DNA from: Bdellovibrionota bacterium
GTDB lineage: Bacteria > Bdellovibrionota > UBA2428
Assembly: GCA_035539375.1 (NCBI GenBank)
Contig: DATLIP010000086.1
Coordinates: 16,848-80,847 of the forward strand
Length of the DNA stretch: 64,000 nt
Reading direction: 5' to 3'
The notes beneath the pieces were generated by a model, which saw nothing but the letters and a program-made list of their open reading frames with translations, did not search any database and was not told the DNA's origin. A program made the translations under genes and the position numbers. Below are positions 20,575-28,305 of the stretch, in pieces. Within the stretch, counting starts at the first letter, position 1. Each line of letters opens with the position of its first letter.

Positions 20575-21030
20575 ATGAAACGCTCCGCCCCCCGCTGGTT
20601 TTTGAGTCTAGTGATGATCTCGGCCTCGACAAGCTTTGCCGCCTCCGGACTCAAGGAAGTCAAAAAAATTCGCCTCTGCGGAAAATCGCTCAGCGCCGAA
20701 ATCGCCCGTTCCGACGAGGAGCGCTCGCGTGGGCTTATGAATCGTCGCGGTATCCCGAACACCAAAGCGATGGTATTTGTTTTTGAATCCGAGCGCCCAT
20801 TGAGCTTTTGGATGAAGAACGTGCCTTTCGACATCGACATTGGCTTTTTCGATGCCAAAGGTAGCTACGTCTCGCACACCACGATGGCGGGAACTACGCC
20901 TATGCAACTCGAGTCCACGCTCCCCGCTTACCCTAGCGATGCCCCTGCGAAGTACGCCGTCGAAGTGAGTGCAGGATTCTTCGGAAAAATCAAAAACACC
21001 AAGTCCTGTCGTCTGACTCCACTGCTCTAA
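20575..21030 (+). CDS. DUF192 domain protein
   Basis: ARSDEERSRGLMNRR...AMVFVFE...SFWMKNVPFDIDIGFFD matches the DUF192/COG1430 pattern. A signal peptide is present. Confidence 0.75.
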   Translation: MKRSAPRWFLSLVMISASTSFAASGLKEVKKIRLCGKSLSAEIARSDEERSRGLMNRRGIPNTKAMVFVFESERPLSFWMKNVPFDIDIGFFDAKGSYVSHTTMAGTTPMQLESTLPAYPSDAPAKYAVEVSAGFFGKIKNTKSCRLTPLL

Positions 21031-21516
21031 TCAAAACTTCACGCCTTGTTTGAGCGCAACGCCCTCGCTGGCGCTGGGATTGGCATTTCCGTTTTTTTGC
21101 GCCAAGTAATAAACCGCGCCACCGGCGATGAGACCGACGCCGCTCCATAGCAGCCAGCGCTTCCAGCCCGAAGACGATGGGCTCGGCGTGCCGAGAGCTG
21201 TGGCTGAGGGCGAGGGGATGCGCAGGTAGGGTGAGAGATCCAGAGGTCGCTCGGCAAGCGCATCGGTGTAGACGATTTCCGCTTCGCCCGACCAAGTGGC
21301 CGTCTCGCCGCTCAGGTGCAGAGCGCCCGCGCTCTCTTCGAAATGAATGATGTTGGGGCACGAGGCGACGCCAAAATTCACGTTCAGCAGTGGCGAGACG
21401 CGTTTGATTTCGTGCACAACGTGACGCTGAACAATTTCGATCACGGGCGGTGGAGGCGCCGCCGTGGTGGGCGCGGTGACAGGAAGGATGCTGAGGCAAT
21501 AAATCATAGGATTCAT
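21031..21516 (-). CDS. Hypothetical protein with C-terminal TM segment (last gene of Flp-like operon)
   Basis: ATGA overlap with the upstream gene at 21513-21516. It has a Pro-rich N-terminus and the TM segment WLLWSGVGLIAGGAVYYL. Confidence 0.5.
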   Translation of the reverse strand: MNPMIYCLSILPVTAPTTAAPPPPVIEIVQRHVVHEIKRVSPLLNVNFGVASCPNIIHFEESAGALHLSGETATWSGEAEIVYTDALAERPLDLSPYLRIPSPSATALGTPSPSSSGWKRWLLWSGVGLIAGGAVYYLAQKNGNANPSASEGVALKQGVKF

Positions 21517-22037
21517 GGGGTGACTCCGGAGGGGTTTTCGTCAGGATAGAGGATCTTCACTTTGGCGGGAGCTGCATGGGGGACGCGTTTTAGCTCGAGA
21601 GACGTCCAAAAAATGGGTCGGTAGGGCGGCAAATCTTTTTTGGCCACCAGGCGATCGTCGACGCGTGCGATGTCGTCTTCGGTGAAGACCGCGAGCCGCT
21701 GTGTTTTGCTGAACGAAGCGGCAGGAGCGATGACGGCCTTGAGCATGCGCGCTTCGATCACCGTGCCTTTGGGAAAAGGCACGACCGGCACCATGACCGA
21801 GAGCGTGCGCGCGCTCGGCACTGCGATTTTGGGATCGGGCGGCGCCTGGCGTCCGAGCGCCACAACGAGAATCCCTATGGCGGCGAGGATTCCCAGCGCC
21901 GGCGCATAGGGGCGCAGTCGCGCCTTAACTTTGTCATAGGCGCGCGCCTCTTCCACCTTGGGAGCCGTGGTTTCGGGATTGGCCTTTTCGTCTTCGAAGG
22001 GATGTCTCCAGGGGAATTCTACGGTTTCTTGTGACAT
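21513..22037 (-). CDS. CpaB/RcpC-like protein containing only TM + SAF-like domain
   Basis: TM segment APALGILAAIGILVVAL. VMVPVVPFPKGTVIEARMLKAV...RLVAKKDLPPYRPIF fits the SAF-domain pattern of CpaB. Start taken at ATG 22037 with SD gaggtg; GTG 22043 is an alternative. Confidence 0.45.
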   Translation of the reverse strand: MSQETVEFPWRHPFEDEKANPETTAPKVEEARAYDKVKARLRPYAPALGILAAIGILVVALGRQAPPDPKIAVPSARTLSVMVPVVPFPKGTVIEARMLKAVIAPAASFSKTQRLAVFTEDDIARVDDRLVAKKDLPPYRPIFWTSLELKRVPHAAPAKVKILYPDENPSGVTP

Positions 22038-22165
22038 GTCCACCTCGTTTCTCGAAACTCTTGGTAGCGCTCTTGCAGCTGCGTGTGCACCGAGTCTCCT
22101 TGCGACACGAAAGCCACAATGGCGGTGATGACAACGCCGAGACTCAAGAAAAAATCTAAAACCAC
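22019..22165 (-). CDS. Candidate 48-aa single-pass membrane micro-protein
   Basis: Hand-found. GGAGG, 6 nt, then GTG at 22165, which overlaps the upstream stop. Product: VVLDFFLSLGVVITAIVAFVSQGDSVHTQLQERYQEFRETRWTCHKKP. Its 3' end overlaps the next start. Confidence 0.3.
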   Translation of the reverse strand: MVLDFFLSLGVVITAIVAFVSQGDSVHTQLQERYQEFRETRWTCHKKP

Positions 22166-22692
22166 GGCCGACCTCCGTCTTCGTGGCGAAAGCGCCAGGC
22201 GATCGTCTCTCCCATCATCACCACGATGCCGGCCTTGGCACCGTGAACACGCGTTTCGGCGCCCGGTGTGATGGTGTAGGGCCCGGTGATTTTGCATGGG
22301 TTCACTTTGCGAGTTGTGGGAGCTCCGTCGCGCACGCGAAATCCGCGCATCCGCATTTGCAAGAGAGGAATTTCTGCTTGGTAGCGCAGGCCACTTTGCG
22401 TGAGCGCCAGGGCTTGCGCTGTGGCACGGGCCGCGTTGATGGCGGGCACGGAGGCGACCGGAGGTAGCATGAGAAGGCGCGGGCAGCTTTCGTGCAGCAT
22501 CTTGAGTTGAGCATTGAGCAGACGCACGCGCCTTTCACTTTGCGCAATGGCATCCGCCCGGTCGCCGAGCCAGCGATCGATTTCCAGGCGATCTCCCAAG
22601 CTGCGCACGACTAGTTCTTTGAATTTGACAAAACCACTGGCGCTAAGAGCAAAGCCACTGAGGAGAAGGATGACAAGATAGAGATTCGGCAT
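22156..22692 (-). CDS. Hypothetical N-terminally anchored protein (TadG/pseudopilin-like position)
   Basis: N-terminal TM MPNLYLVILLLSGFALSASGF. It lies between the TadE-like and SAF-like genes. I recognise no motif. Confidence 0.45.
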   Translation of the reverse strand: MPNLYLVILLLSGFALSASGFVKFKELVVRSLGDRLEIDRWLGDRADAIAQSERRVRLLNAQLKMLHESCPRLLMLPPVASVPAINAARATAQALALTQSGLRYQAEIPLLQMRMRGFRVRDGAPTTRKVNPCKITGPYTITPGAETRVHGAKAGIVVMMGETIAWRFRHEDGGRPWF

Positions 22693-22696
22693 AGGG

Positions 22697-23038
22697 CTAC
22701 CTTCGCAGCTCCACCTGGGTGCGGTAGTTCAGGCGTTCCCGAAGCTCATCGTCGACTTGGCTAAAGAGCACGAATTCGCCACGCGCCTGCGCAAAGCCTT
22801 CGCAGTGATAGTTCAGCCGCGTTTGCAGCCAGCGTGGCCAATGCTCGGACGGCACACAGGACCTAGGCGACTGGTAAAGTGAGGAGCGTGCGAGCGAATA
22901 GAGCTCGAGATTCATCAGCACGACCGTAGCGGCATACATAAAGGCGAGCAGCAGCGTGCTCATCGCAAAAACCTGCGCCGCGAGAGTGATGCAGGTTTCC
23001 ACAAGAACTTGCCCTGCGCGGGAATCATTCGTCTTCAT
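22697..23038 (-). CDS. TadE-like pseudopilin
   Basis: ORF trimmed to MKTNDSRAGQVLVETCITLAAQVFAM. The G-Q-x-x-V-E motif followed by a hydrophobic helix is typical of the TadE N-terminus. Confidence 0.55.
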   Translation of the reverse strand: MKTNDSRAGQVLVETCITLAAQVFAMSTLLLAFMYAATVVLMNLELYSLARSSLYQSPRSCVPSEHWPRWLQTRLNYHCEGFAQARGEFVLFSQVDDELRERLNYRTQVELRR

Positions 23039-23279
23039 CGTTAAACTGAGTGCCTTCATCGAAGTCCGACATGTCGAGCGTGCGGTAATGCTTTTCTTCG
23101 GCCTCGACACCCTTCACCTCCGACTTTTTAACGCCGCGGATGGACTCGCTCACCACGGTGAACTTGCTGCGGATGTTGCGACTCACGAGCTGTACGATGG
23201 CAATCGAGCCCACGGAAATTAGGGCGGTTAGGATGAGGTACTCGGTCAGGCTTTGTCCTATTTTATTTTGTAAATTCAT
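23025..23279 (-). CDS. flp: Flp/Fap-family type IVb prepilin with extended charged C-terminal tail
   Basis: ORF 23025-23453 trimmed to ATG 23279: MNLQNKIG/QSLTEYLILTALISVGSIAIVQLV. This matches the Flp G/XXXXEY processing motif followed by a hydrophobic helix. Confidence 0.7.
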   Translation of the reverse strand: MNLQNKIGQSLTEYLILTALISVGSIAIVQLVSRNIRSKFTVVSESIRGVKKSEVKGVEAEEKHYRTLDMSDFDEGTQFNDEDE

Positions 23280-23324
23280 ATGCTTATATCCTTTCAAAAT
23301 GAGTGGGGGTGGGGGCTTTAGATC

Positions 23325-23340
23325 GGCGCCCGAAATGCCG
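23325..23340 (-). promoter_or_regulatory. Weak candidate sigma-54 (-24/-12) promoter upstream of flp
   Basis: Minus-strand CGGCATTTCGGGCGCC has GG and GC at the correct 10-nt spacing relative to TGGCAC-N5-TTGCA. It lies about 48 nt upstream of the flp ATG. The -12 element is poor. Confidence 0.25.
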
Positions 23341-23379
23341 ATAGCAATGTGTATGAAACCTAAGGGTGAATGGACGAGC

Positions 23380-24147
23380 ATGCGACGCAAAGACCTGGGG
23401 CTTTTGCTCGTGGTCGGTTTTTTGTTTGCTTCGCTCACCTTCAACCTCGGCATTTATTGGGGCATCAAGTGGGGGCTCAACCATTCGCCGCAAGCTAGCA
23501 GCGCGCATTCTGCGCCCGCCACTCCCGCGCACGGGCATGGTGGCGTGGTAGAAGCCGCGAACCATCCGGCCTCCGAAGCCGTCACTCCCGAAGTCGACTG
23601 GCACACCAAAAAACAAATTCCCGCCGAGATCACCGAAGCTTTTGTAAAATCCAAACAGAGCGCGCTCATCGAATCGCAGTTGCGTTCCAAAGATCGCACG
23701 CCTGTGGGCATTTCCATTGCGGATGCGGAAACCTATTTCCGCGAGAAAAAACTTCCATGGGGAGAAGTTCCCAAGGAACTTGCCAACCTCGATCGTCAGA
23801 TCGCGTCCGAATCGAAGAAAGCCTCGGAAAATGGCGCCAAAAAAGAGGCCTCCGGTCTCTTTGAACGTTCGCCTGCTTCGGTAAAAAGTTTCAAACCCAT
23901 TCCTGGTCAAAGCACTGTGCAAGTGGCGAGTTACGCCACCGAAGAAGAAGCTGTGGCCCGAGTGAATTTGCTCATCTCTAGTGGAATGAGCGACGCTTAT
24001 TACACCAAGACCAAAGTCAAAAACGAATTCTGGTACCAAGTTGCCGTGGGTTCTTACAAGGACAAGTCCTGGGCTCAAAAAACCGGAGAACGCATGGTTC
24101 ACCGCAGTCTCGCCTCGGAGTACTTTGTGCGCAAAGTTCCCGACTAA
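23380..24147 (+). CDS. SPOR domain membrane protein
   Basis: ORF 23140-24147 trimmed to MRRKDLGLLLVVGFLFASLTF (TM). The C-terminus TVQVASYATEEEAVARVNLLISSGMSDAYYTKTKVKNEFWYQVAVGSYKDKSWAQK has the SPOR pattern. ATG 23353 is an alternative start. Confidence 0.7.
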   Translation: MRRKDLGLLLVVGFLFASLTFNLGIYWGIKWGLNHSPQASSAHSAPATPAHGHGGVVEAANHPASEAVTPEVDWHTKKQIPAEITEAFVKSKQSALIESQLRSKDRTPVGISIADAETYFREKKLPWGEVPKELANLDRQIASESKKASENGAKKEASGLFERSPASVKSFKPIPGQSTVQVASYATEEEAVARVNLLISSGMSDAYYTKTKVKNEFWYQVAVGSYKDKSWAQKTGERMVHRSLASEYFVRKVPD

Positions 24148-24158
24148 GAGCGCCATCC

Positions 24159-25079
24159 CTAATTCCAAACCCATGTTCCCGTTTTGAGGTATTCGCTGAT
24201 CTCACCCGTCAACGTGGCGGGCAGGTCGCTGGCGCGGATCACATTGTCTTTGGCTCGCAGCGAGGCATAGAGAAGTCCATGCTCGAGCTCGCGCAAATTT
24301 CCCGGCCACGAATGTTCTCTGAGCAGAGCGAAGGCCGCGTCGTCGATGTCTTTGGGGGGCAATCCGTGCTGAGCACAGATCTGCGTCAGATAATGCTGCA
24401 CGAGTCCTGGAACGTCGTCGGCGCGAGCGCGTAAGGCGGGTAGGTAAATCGGACAGATGTTGAGGCGGTAGTAGAGATCTTTGCGAAATTGGTTTTTCTC
24501 AATGAGCAGCTCTAAGGGCACGTTGCTCGCTGTGATGATTTGGCACTGCACATTGTCGGTGCTCTGGGCGCCCAGGCGCTCGAATTCCCGGCTCTGCACC
24601 ACGCGCAGCAGTTTGCTTTGGGCTTCGAGGTTGAGGTTTTGGATCTCGTCCAAAAAAAGGCTCCCCTTTTTGGCGATTTCGAACTTGCCTCGCTGCACTT
24701 GGCGGGCCGAGGTGAAGGCCCCGCGCTCGTGCCCAAAGAGGATCGACTCGACGAGATTTTCGGGGAGCGCCGCGCAGTTGATGGGTACAAAAGGCGCATC
24801 GTCATCACCGAGACCGTGCAGCCGCCGGCGTTCGGCGTGGATCCACTTGGCGACAACCTCCTTGCCGGTGCCGGTTTCTCCGATGATCAGCACGTTGATG
24901 TTGGTGCTCGCTGCGAGCTCGACGTCGCGCCAGAGCGTTTCGCTCAGGCGCCCGCGCCCCTCAAACCAGCGGAAGCGGGAGCGGATCTTTTCGGCGAGGC
25001 TCGTGGCAGAAGGGGAGCGTTTACGGGTTGCGGCGCGGGAGCTGAGGGGCAATCCGTGGGGGAAAAAATGCGAACTCAT
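24159..25079 (-). CDS. Sigma-54-dependent activator (bacterial enhancer-binding protein), AAA+ core only
   Basis: Trimmed to ATG 25079 (SD ggagat). Walker A GETGTGKE, GAFTSA (the GAFTGA loop), Walker B LFLDEI, and GNLRELE near the C-terminus. About 45 aa precede the AAA+ domain and about 35 aa follow it. Confidence 0.85.
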   Translation of the reverse strand: MSSHFFPHGLPLSSRAATRKRSPSATSLAEKIRSRFRWFEGRGRLSETLWRDVELAASTNINVLIIGETGTGKEVVAKWIHAERRRLHGLGDDDAPFVPINCAALPENLVESILFGHERGAFTSARQVQRGKFEIAKKGSLFLDEIQNLNLEAQSKLLRVVQSREFERLGAQSTDNVQCQIITASNVPLELLIEKNQFRKDLYYRLNICPIYLPALRARADDVPGLVQHYLTQICAQHGLPPKDIDDAAFALLREHSWPGNLRELEHGLLYASLRAKDNVIRASDLPATLTGEISEYLKTGTWVWN

Positions 25080-25280
25080 CGTTGGATCTCCTTGTTTTGG
25101 CCAGTGACCCTTGCAATCCACAGGCCAAGGCCGAGAGCTCACGAAAAATTCGAAAATTTAAATAGTTATGATATTAAGGGTCGTCGTTTTGGGATACGCT
25201 GAAGGAGATTTTCGGGAAATCTCACGCGATAGTCCGGAGACTTGGAAGATTTTTGCAACGTGTTATTATTGAGCGAGAAG

Positions 25281-25517
25281 ATGAAAAAAAAGAAAGTCTC
25301 AACCACCGTCTACCTCACGGAAGATCAGGTAGAGGCTTTACGACAGCTCCACGAACGCACTCGCGTGCCCATTGCCGAGTACATCCGTATGGGCATTGAT
25401 TTGATCCTCTCCAAGTACGCCGAAAAACTCCCCGGTCAGGTTTCGCTCTTCGACGAGCTTTCCGTCGAGGACCTGGGCTACGGCAACAAAAAAAATACTC
25501 CCCAATCTGACGAATGA
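25281..25517 (+). CDS. Ribbon-helix-helix (CopG/Arc/MetJ-like) protein
   Basis: MKKKKVSTTVYLTEDQVEALRQLHERTRVPIAEYIRMGIDLIL shows a beta-strand followed by two helices, the RHH pattern. The C-terminal tail is acidic. Confidence 0.6.
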   Translation: MKKKKVSTTVYLTEDQVEALRQLHERTRVPIAEYIRMGIDLILSKYAEKLPGQVSLFDELSVEDLGYGNKKNTPQSDE

Positions 25518-25557
25518 TGCTCGAATGAGTCCCGCTTAGCGGCTATGACTAAAATCG

Positions 25558-27411
25558 ATGAGCATTCCGGCCCACAAGATTCGCAATTTTTCGATCGTCG
25601 CGCACATTGACCACGGAAAATCCACCCTCGCCGACCGCCTCATCGAATTCACCGGCGGCCTCAGCAAACGCGAAATGCAGGCCCAGGTGCTCGACTCCCT
25701 CGCCATCGAACGCGAGCGCGGCATCACTATCAAAGCCCAGACCGTGCGCCTCAAGTACACCTCGCTCGCGGGCGAAGAGTTCTACCTGAACCTCATCGAC
25801 ACCCCGGGGCACGTGGACTTCACCTACGAAGTCTCGCGCTCGCTCGCCGCCTGCGAAGGTGCCATCGTCGTGGTCGACGCCGCCCAGGGCGTCGAGGCCC
25901 AAACCCTCGCCAACGTCTACCTCGCGCTCGACGCGAACTTGCACCTCGTGCCCGTCATCAACAAAATTGATTTGCCCTCGGCCGACGTCGAGCGTGTGCG
26001 CCAAGACATCGAAGACGTCATCGGTATCGACGCCTCCGAGGCGATTCCCGCTTCGGCCAAAGAAGGCATCGGCATTCAAGAGATCCTCGAGGCCGTTTGC
26101 AAAATCGTTCCGGCACCGCCCTCGCAGCCCGAAAAGCCCCTGCGCATGCTGATCATGGACTCCTGGTACGACAACTACCAGGGCGTCGTACTGCTCACCC
26201 GTGTGGTTGAAGGCACCGTGAAAAAGGGCGACCGCATCCAGATGATGCACATGAACGAGCGTCTCGAGGAAACCGAAAAGAATTGGTACACGATCAACCG
26301 CATCGGTTACTTCACGCCCAAGCCCATCGACGTCGATGAGGGTGGCCCCGGCGAAGTGCTCTTCGTGGTGGCGAGTATCAAGTCGGTGCGCGATACCAAG
26401 ATCGGCGACACGATCACGCATTGGCACACACAGGCGGGCGATCAGCCCCTGTCGAACGTCGCCGAAGAGCCGCTGCCCGGCTTTAAAGAAGTGAAACCGG
26501 TCGTCTTCTCGGGGATCTTCCCCACCGACTCTAAAGACTACGAAGACCTCAAAGAATCGCTCGAAAAGCTCGTGCTCAACGATTCCGCCCTGACCTACGA
26601 GCCCGAATCTTCGGCCGCGCTGGGTTTCGGGTTTCGCTGTGGATTTTTGGGCCTTCTGCACATGGAGATCGTGCAGGAGCGCCTCGAGCGCGAGTACGAC
26701 ATGAACATCATCACCACGGCTCCCGGGGTGAAGTATCAAGTCACGCAGACCGACGGCAAAAAGATCGAGATCGAAAATCCCGACATGATGCCGCCCACCA
26801 CAAAGATTGAAAAGATCGAAGAGCCCTACATCCGCGGCACGATCCACACGCCCACCGAATACGTGGGCGCGATCATCGCGCTCTGCGAGCAGCGCCGCGG
26901 CCGCCAAGAGCGCATCGACTACATCACGCAGGACCGCTGTCAGGTGATCTACACCCTGCCCCTGGGCGAGATGGTGTTTGATTTTTACGACAAGCTCAAG
27001 TCGCTTTCTAAGGGATACGCGAGCTTTGATTACGAGATCATCGGTTTTGAAGAGTCGAGCCTTGTGAAACTCGACATCCTCATCAACGGCGAACCGGTGG
27101 ACGCGCTCTCGCTCATCGTGCACAAGGACAAGGCCCAGCACCGCGGACGCGAGCTCGCCAAGAAGATGAAAGAAGTGATCCCGCGCCAGCAATTCGACGT
27201 GGCGATTCAGGCCGCCATCGGCGCCAAGATCATCGCGCGCGAGAGCATCGGCGCCCTCCGCAAAAACGTGATCGCCAAGTGCTACGGTGGCGACATCTCC
27301 CGCAAGCGCAAACTCCTCGAAAAGCAAAAAGAGGGCAAGAAGCGCATGAAGTCCATCGGAACGGTGGACGTGCCGCAGGAAGCCTTCCTTGCCGTGCTCA
27401 AGATCGAGTAG
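25558..27411 (+). CDS. lepA: Elongation factor 4 (LepA)
   Basis: [34 protein letters not shown], and the LepA-specific C-terminal domain. Confidence 0.97.
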   Translation: MSIPAHKIRNFSIVAHIDHGKSTLADRLIEFTGGLSKREMQAQVLDSLAIERERGITIKAQTVRLKYTSLAGEEFYLNLIDTPGHVDFTYEVSRSLAACEGAIVVVDAAQGVEAQTLANVYLALDANLHLVPVINKIDLPSADVERVRQDIEDVIGIDASEAIPASAKEGIGIQEILEAVCKIVPAPPSQPEKPLRMLIMDSWYDNYQGVVLLTRVVEGTVKKGDRIQMMHMNERLEETEKNWYTINRIGYFTPKPIDVDEGGPGEVLFVVASIKSVRDTKIGDTITHWHTQAGDQPLSNVAEEPLPGFKEVKPVVFSGIFPTDSKDYEDLKESLEKLVLNDSALTYEPESSAALGFGFRCGFLGLLHMEIVQERLEREYDMNIITTAPGVKYQVTQTDGKKIEIENPDMMPPTTKIEKIEEPYIRGTIHTPTEYVGAIIALCEQRRGRQERIDYITQDRCQVIYTLPLGEMVFDFYDKLKSLSKGYASFDYEIIGFEESSLVKLDILINGEPVDALSLIVHKDKAQHRGRELAKKMKEVIPRQQFDVAIQAAIGAKIIARESIGALRKNVIAKCYGGDISRKRKLLEKQKEGKKRMKSIGTVDVPQEAFLAVLKIE

Positions 27412-27427
27412 CCGAGAACTTTCAGCT

Positions 27428-27817
27428 TTAGTGCTTCATGGTGTGCGACACCAAGTATACGGTAGAGTCCTCAGTGGTGCACTCTTCGAGCGTGGCGCTC
27501 TGGCTGACGATGACAGTGATGTCTTTGCCGAGTGTCTTTGGCTGTGAGCCTTTTTGTTTATAAGTGATTTGATAAACTTGTTTGAACAAGTTTATGCCGA
27601 TGGGCTGTGAAGCCAGCAGTTGCACTTCGGTTTTTTCGAAGTCCACATTGTCGAGCGTCTTTTGATCAACGTATCCATGATTCCTTAGAGCATTGTGTCC
27701 GGACATTGCGGGACTATCTGTTTTTCCAACGCAATTGGGGTGTTTGGAGCTGCTTGCAAAGCATGAGACGGATGCGAGGGTGATGAGTGCTGTGGTGAAG
27801 TTGGTGATGCGGCTCAT
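27428..27817 (-). CDS. Hypothetical secreted/lipoprotein
   Basis: The N-terminus MSRITNFTTALITLASVSCF is signal- or lipobox-like. I recognise no family. Confidence 0.5.
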   Translation of the reverse strand: MSRITNFTTALITLASVSCFASSSKHPNCVGKTDSPAMSGHNALRNHGYVDQKTLDNVDFEKTEVQLLASQPIGINLFKQVYQITYKQKGSQPKTLGKDITVIVSQSATLEECTTEDSTVYLVSHTMKH

Positions 27818-27881
27818 GAATTGATCTTAAGGGATAAAATTTGAAACGCAAAATTGACCCGGGCTATGGGGTGGTGATGAA

Positions 27882-28256
27882 ATGTCTCCCATGGTGCAGA
27901 CGTTGATGGTGGCCGCATTGGGACTTTTGGGTGTGCTTTGCCGCTACGGCCTCGACACTTCGCTGAAAGATCTCAGCTTTCCCTGGAGCACGCTCATCGC
28001 CAACCTCAGCGGCGCGTTTTTGGCCGGAGTGATCTACGCCTACGCCTCGACGCGCGGGATTTCGCAGTCCCTGCAGCTGGGCCTGCTCGTCGGATTTTGC
28101 GGCGGTTACACGACCTTTTCGGCCATGACGCTGCAGTCCCTGCAACTCATCGAAAAGGGGCGTATCGAGCTCGCCATGCTCTACCTCCTGGGTTCGCCGC
28201 TACTGGGGCTCGCGATGGTGGCGCTGCCGGTCCTGCTGGTCAAACGCTTCCTCTGA
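27882..28256 (+). CDS. crcB: Fluoride ion channel CrcB/FluC
   Basis: 124 aa with 4 TM segments. Motifs STLIANLSGAFLAG and GFCGGYTTFSAM. Confidence 0.85.
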   Translation: MSPMVQTLMVAALGLLGVLCRYGLDTSLKDLSFPWSTLIANLSGAFLAGVIYAYASTRGISQSLQLGLLVGFCGGYTTFSAMTLQSLQLIEKGRIELAMLYLLGSPLLGLAMVALPVLLVKRFL

Positions 28257-28305
28257 AGAAATTCCCTAGCTTTGAGCGCTATTTTTTTGCTAGAGACGGG
28301 GCCTC

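Noticed and set aside
25243-25257. TGGAAGATTTTTGCA upstream of the RHH gene resembles a sigma-54 -24/-12 promoter.
   Set aside because: GG and GC are separated by 9 nt instead of the required 10. Sigma-54 promoters are generally intolerant of spacing changes.
27818-27881. Looked for a fluoride (crcB-motif) riboswitch upstream of crcB.
   Set aside because: The 64-nt leader shows no recognisable crcB-motif core or pseudoknot pairing that I can align. It is too short and AT-rich at the 5' end.
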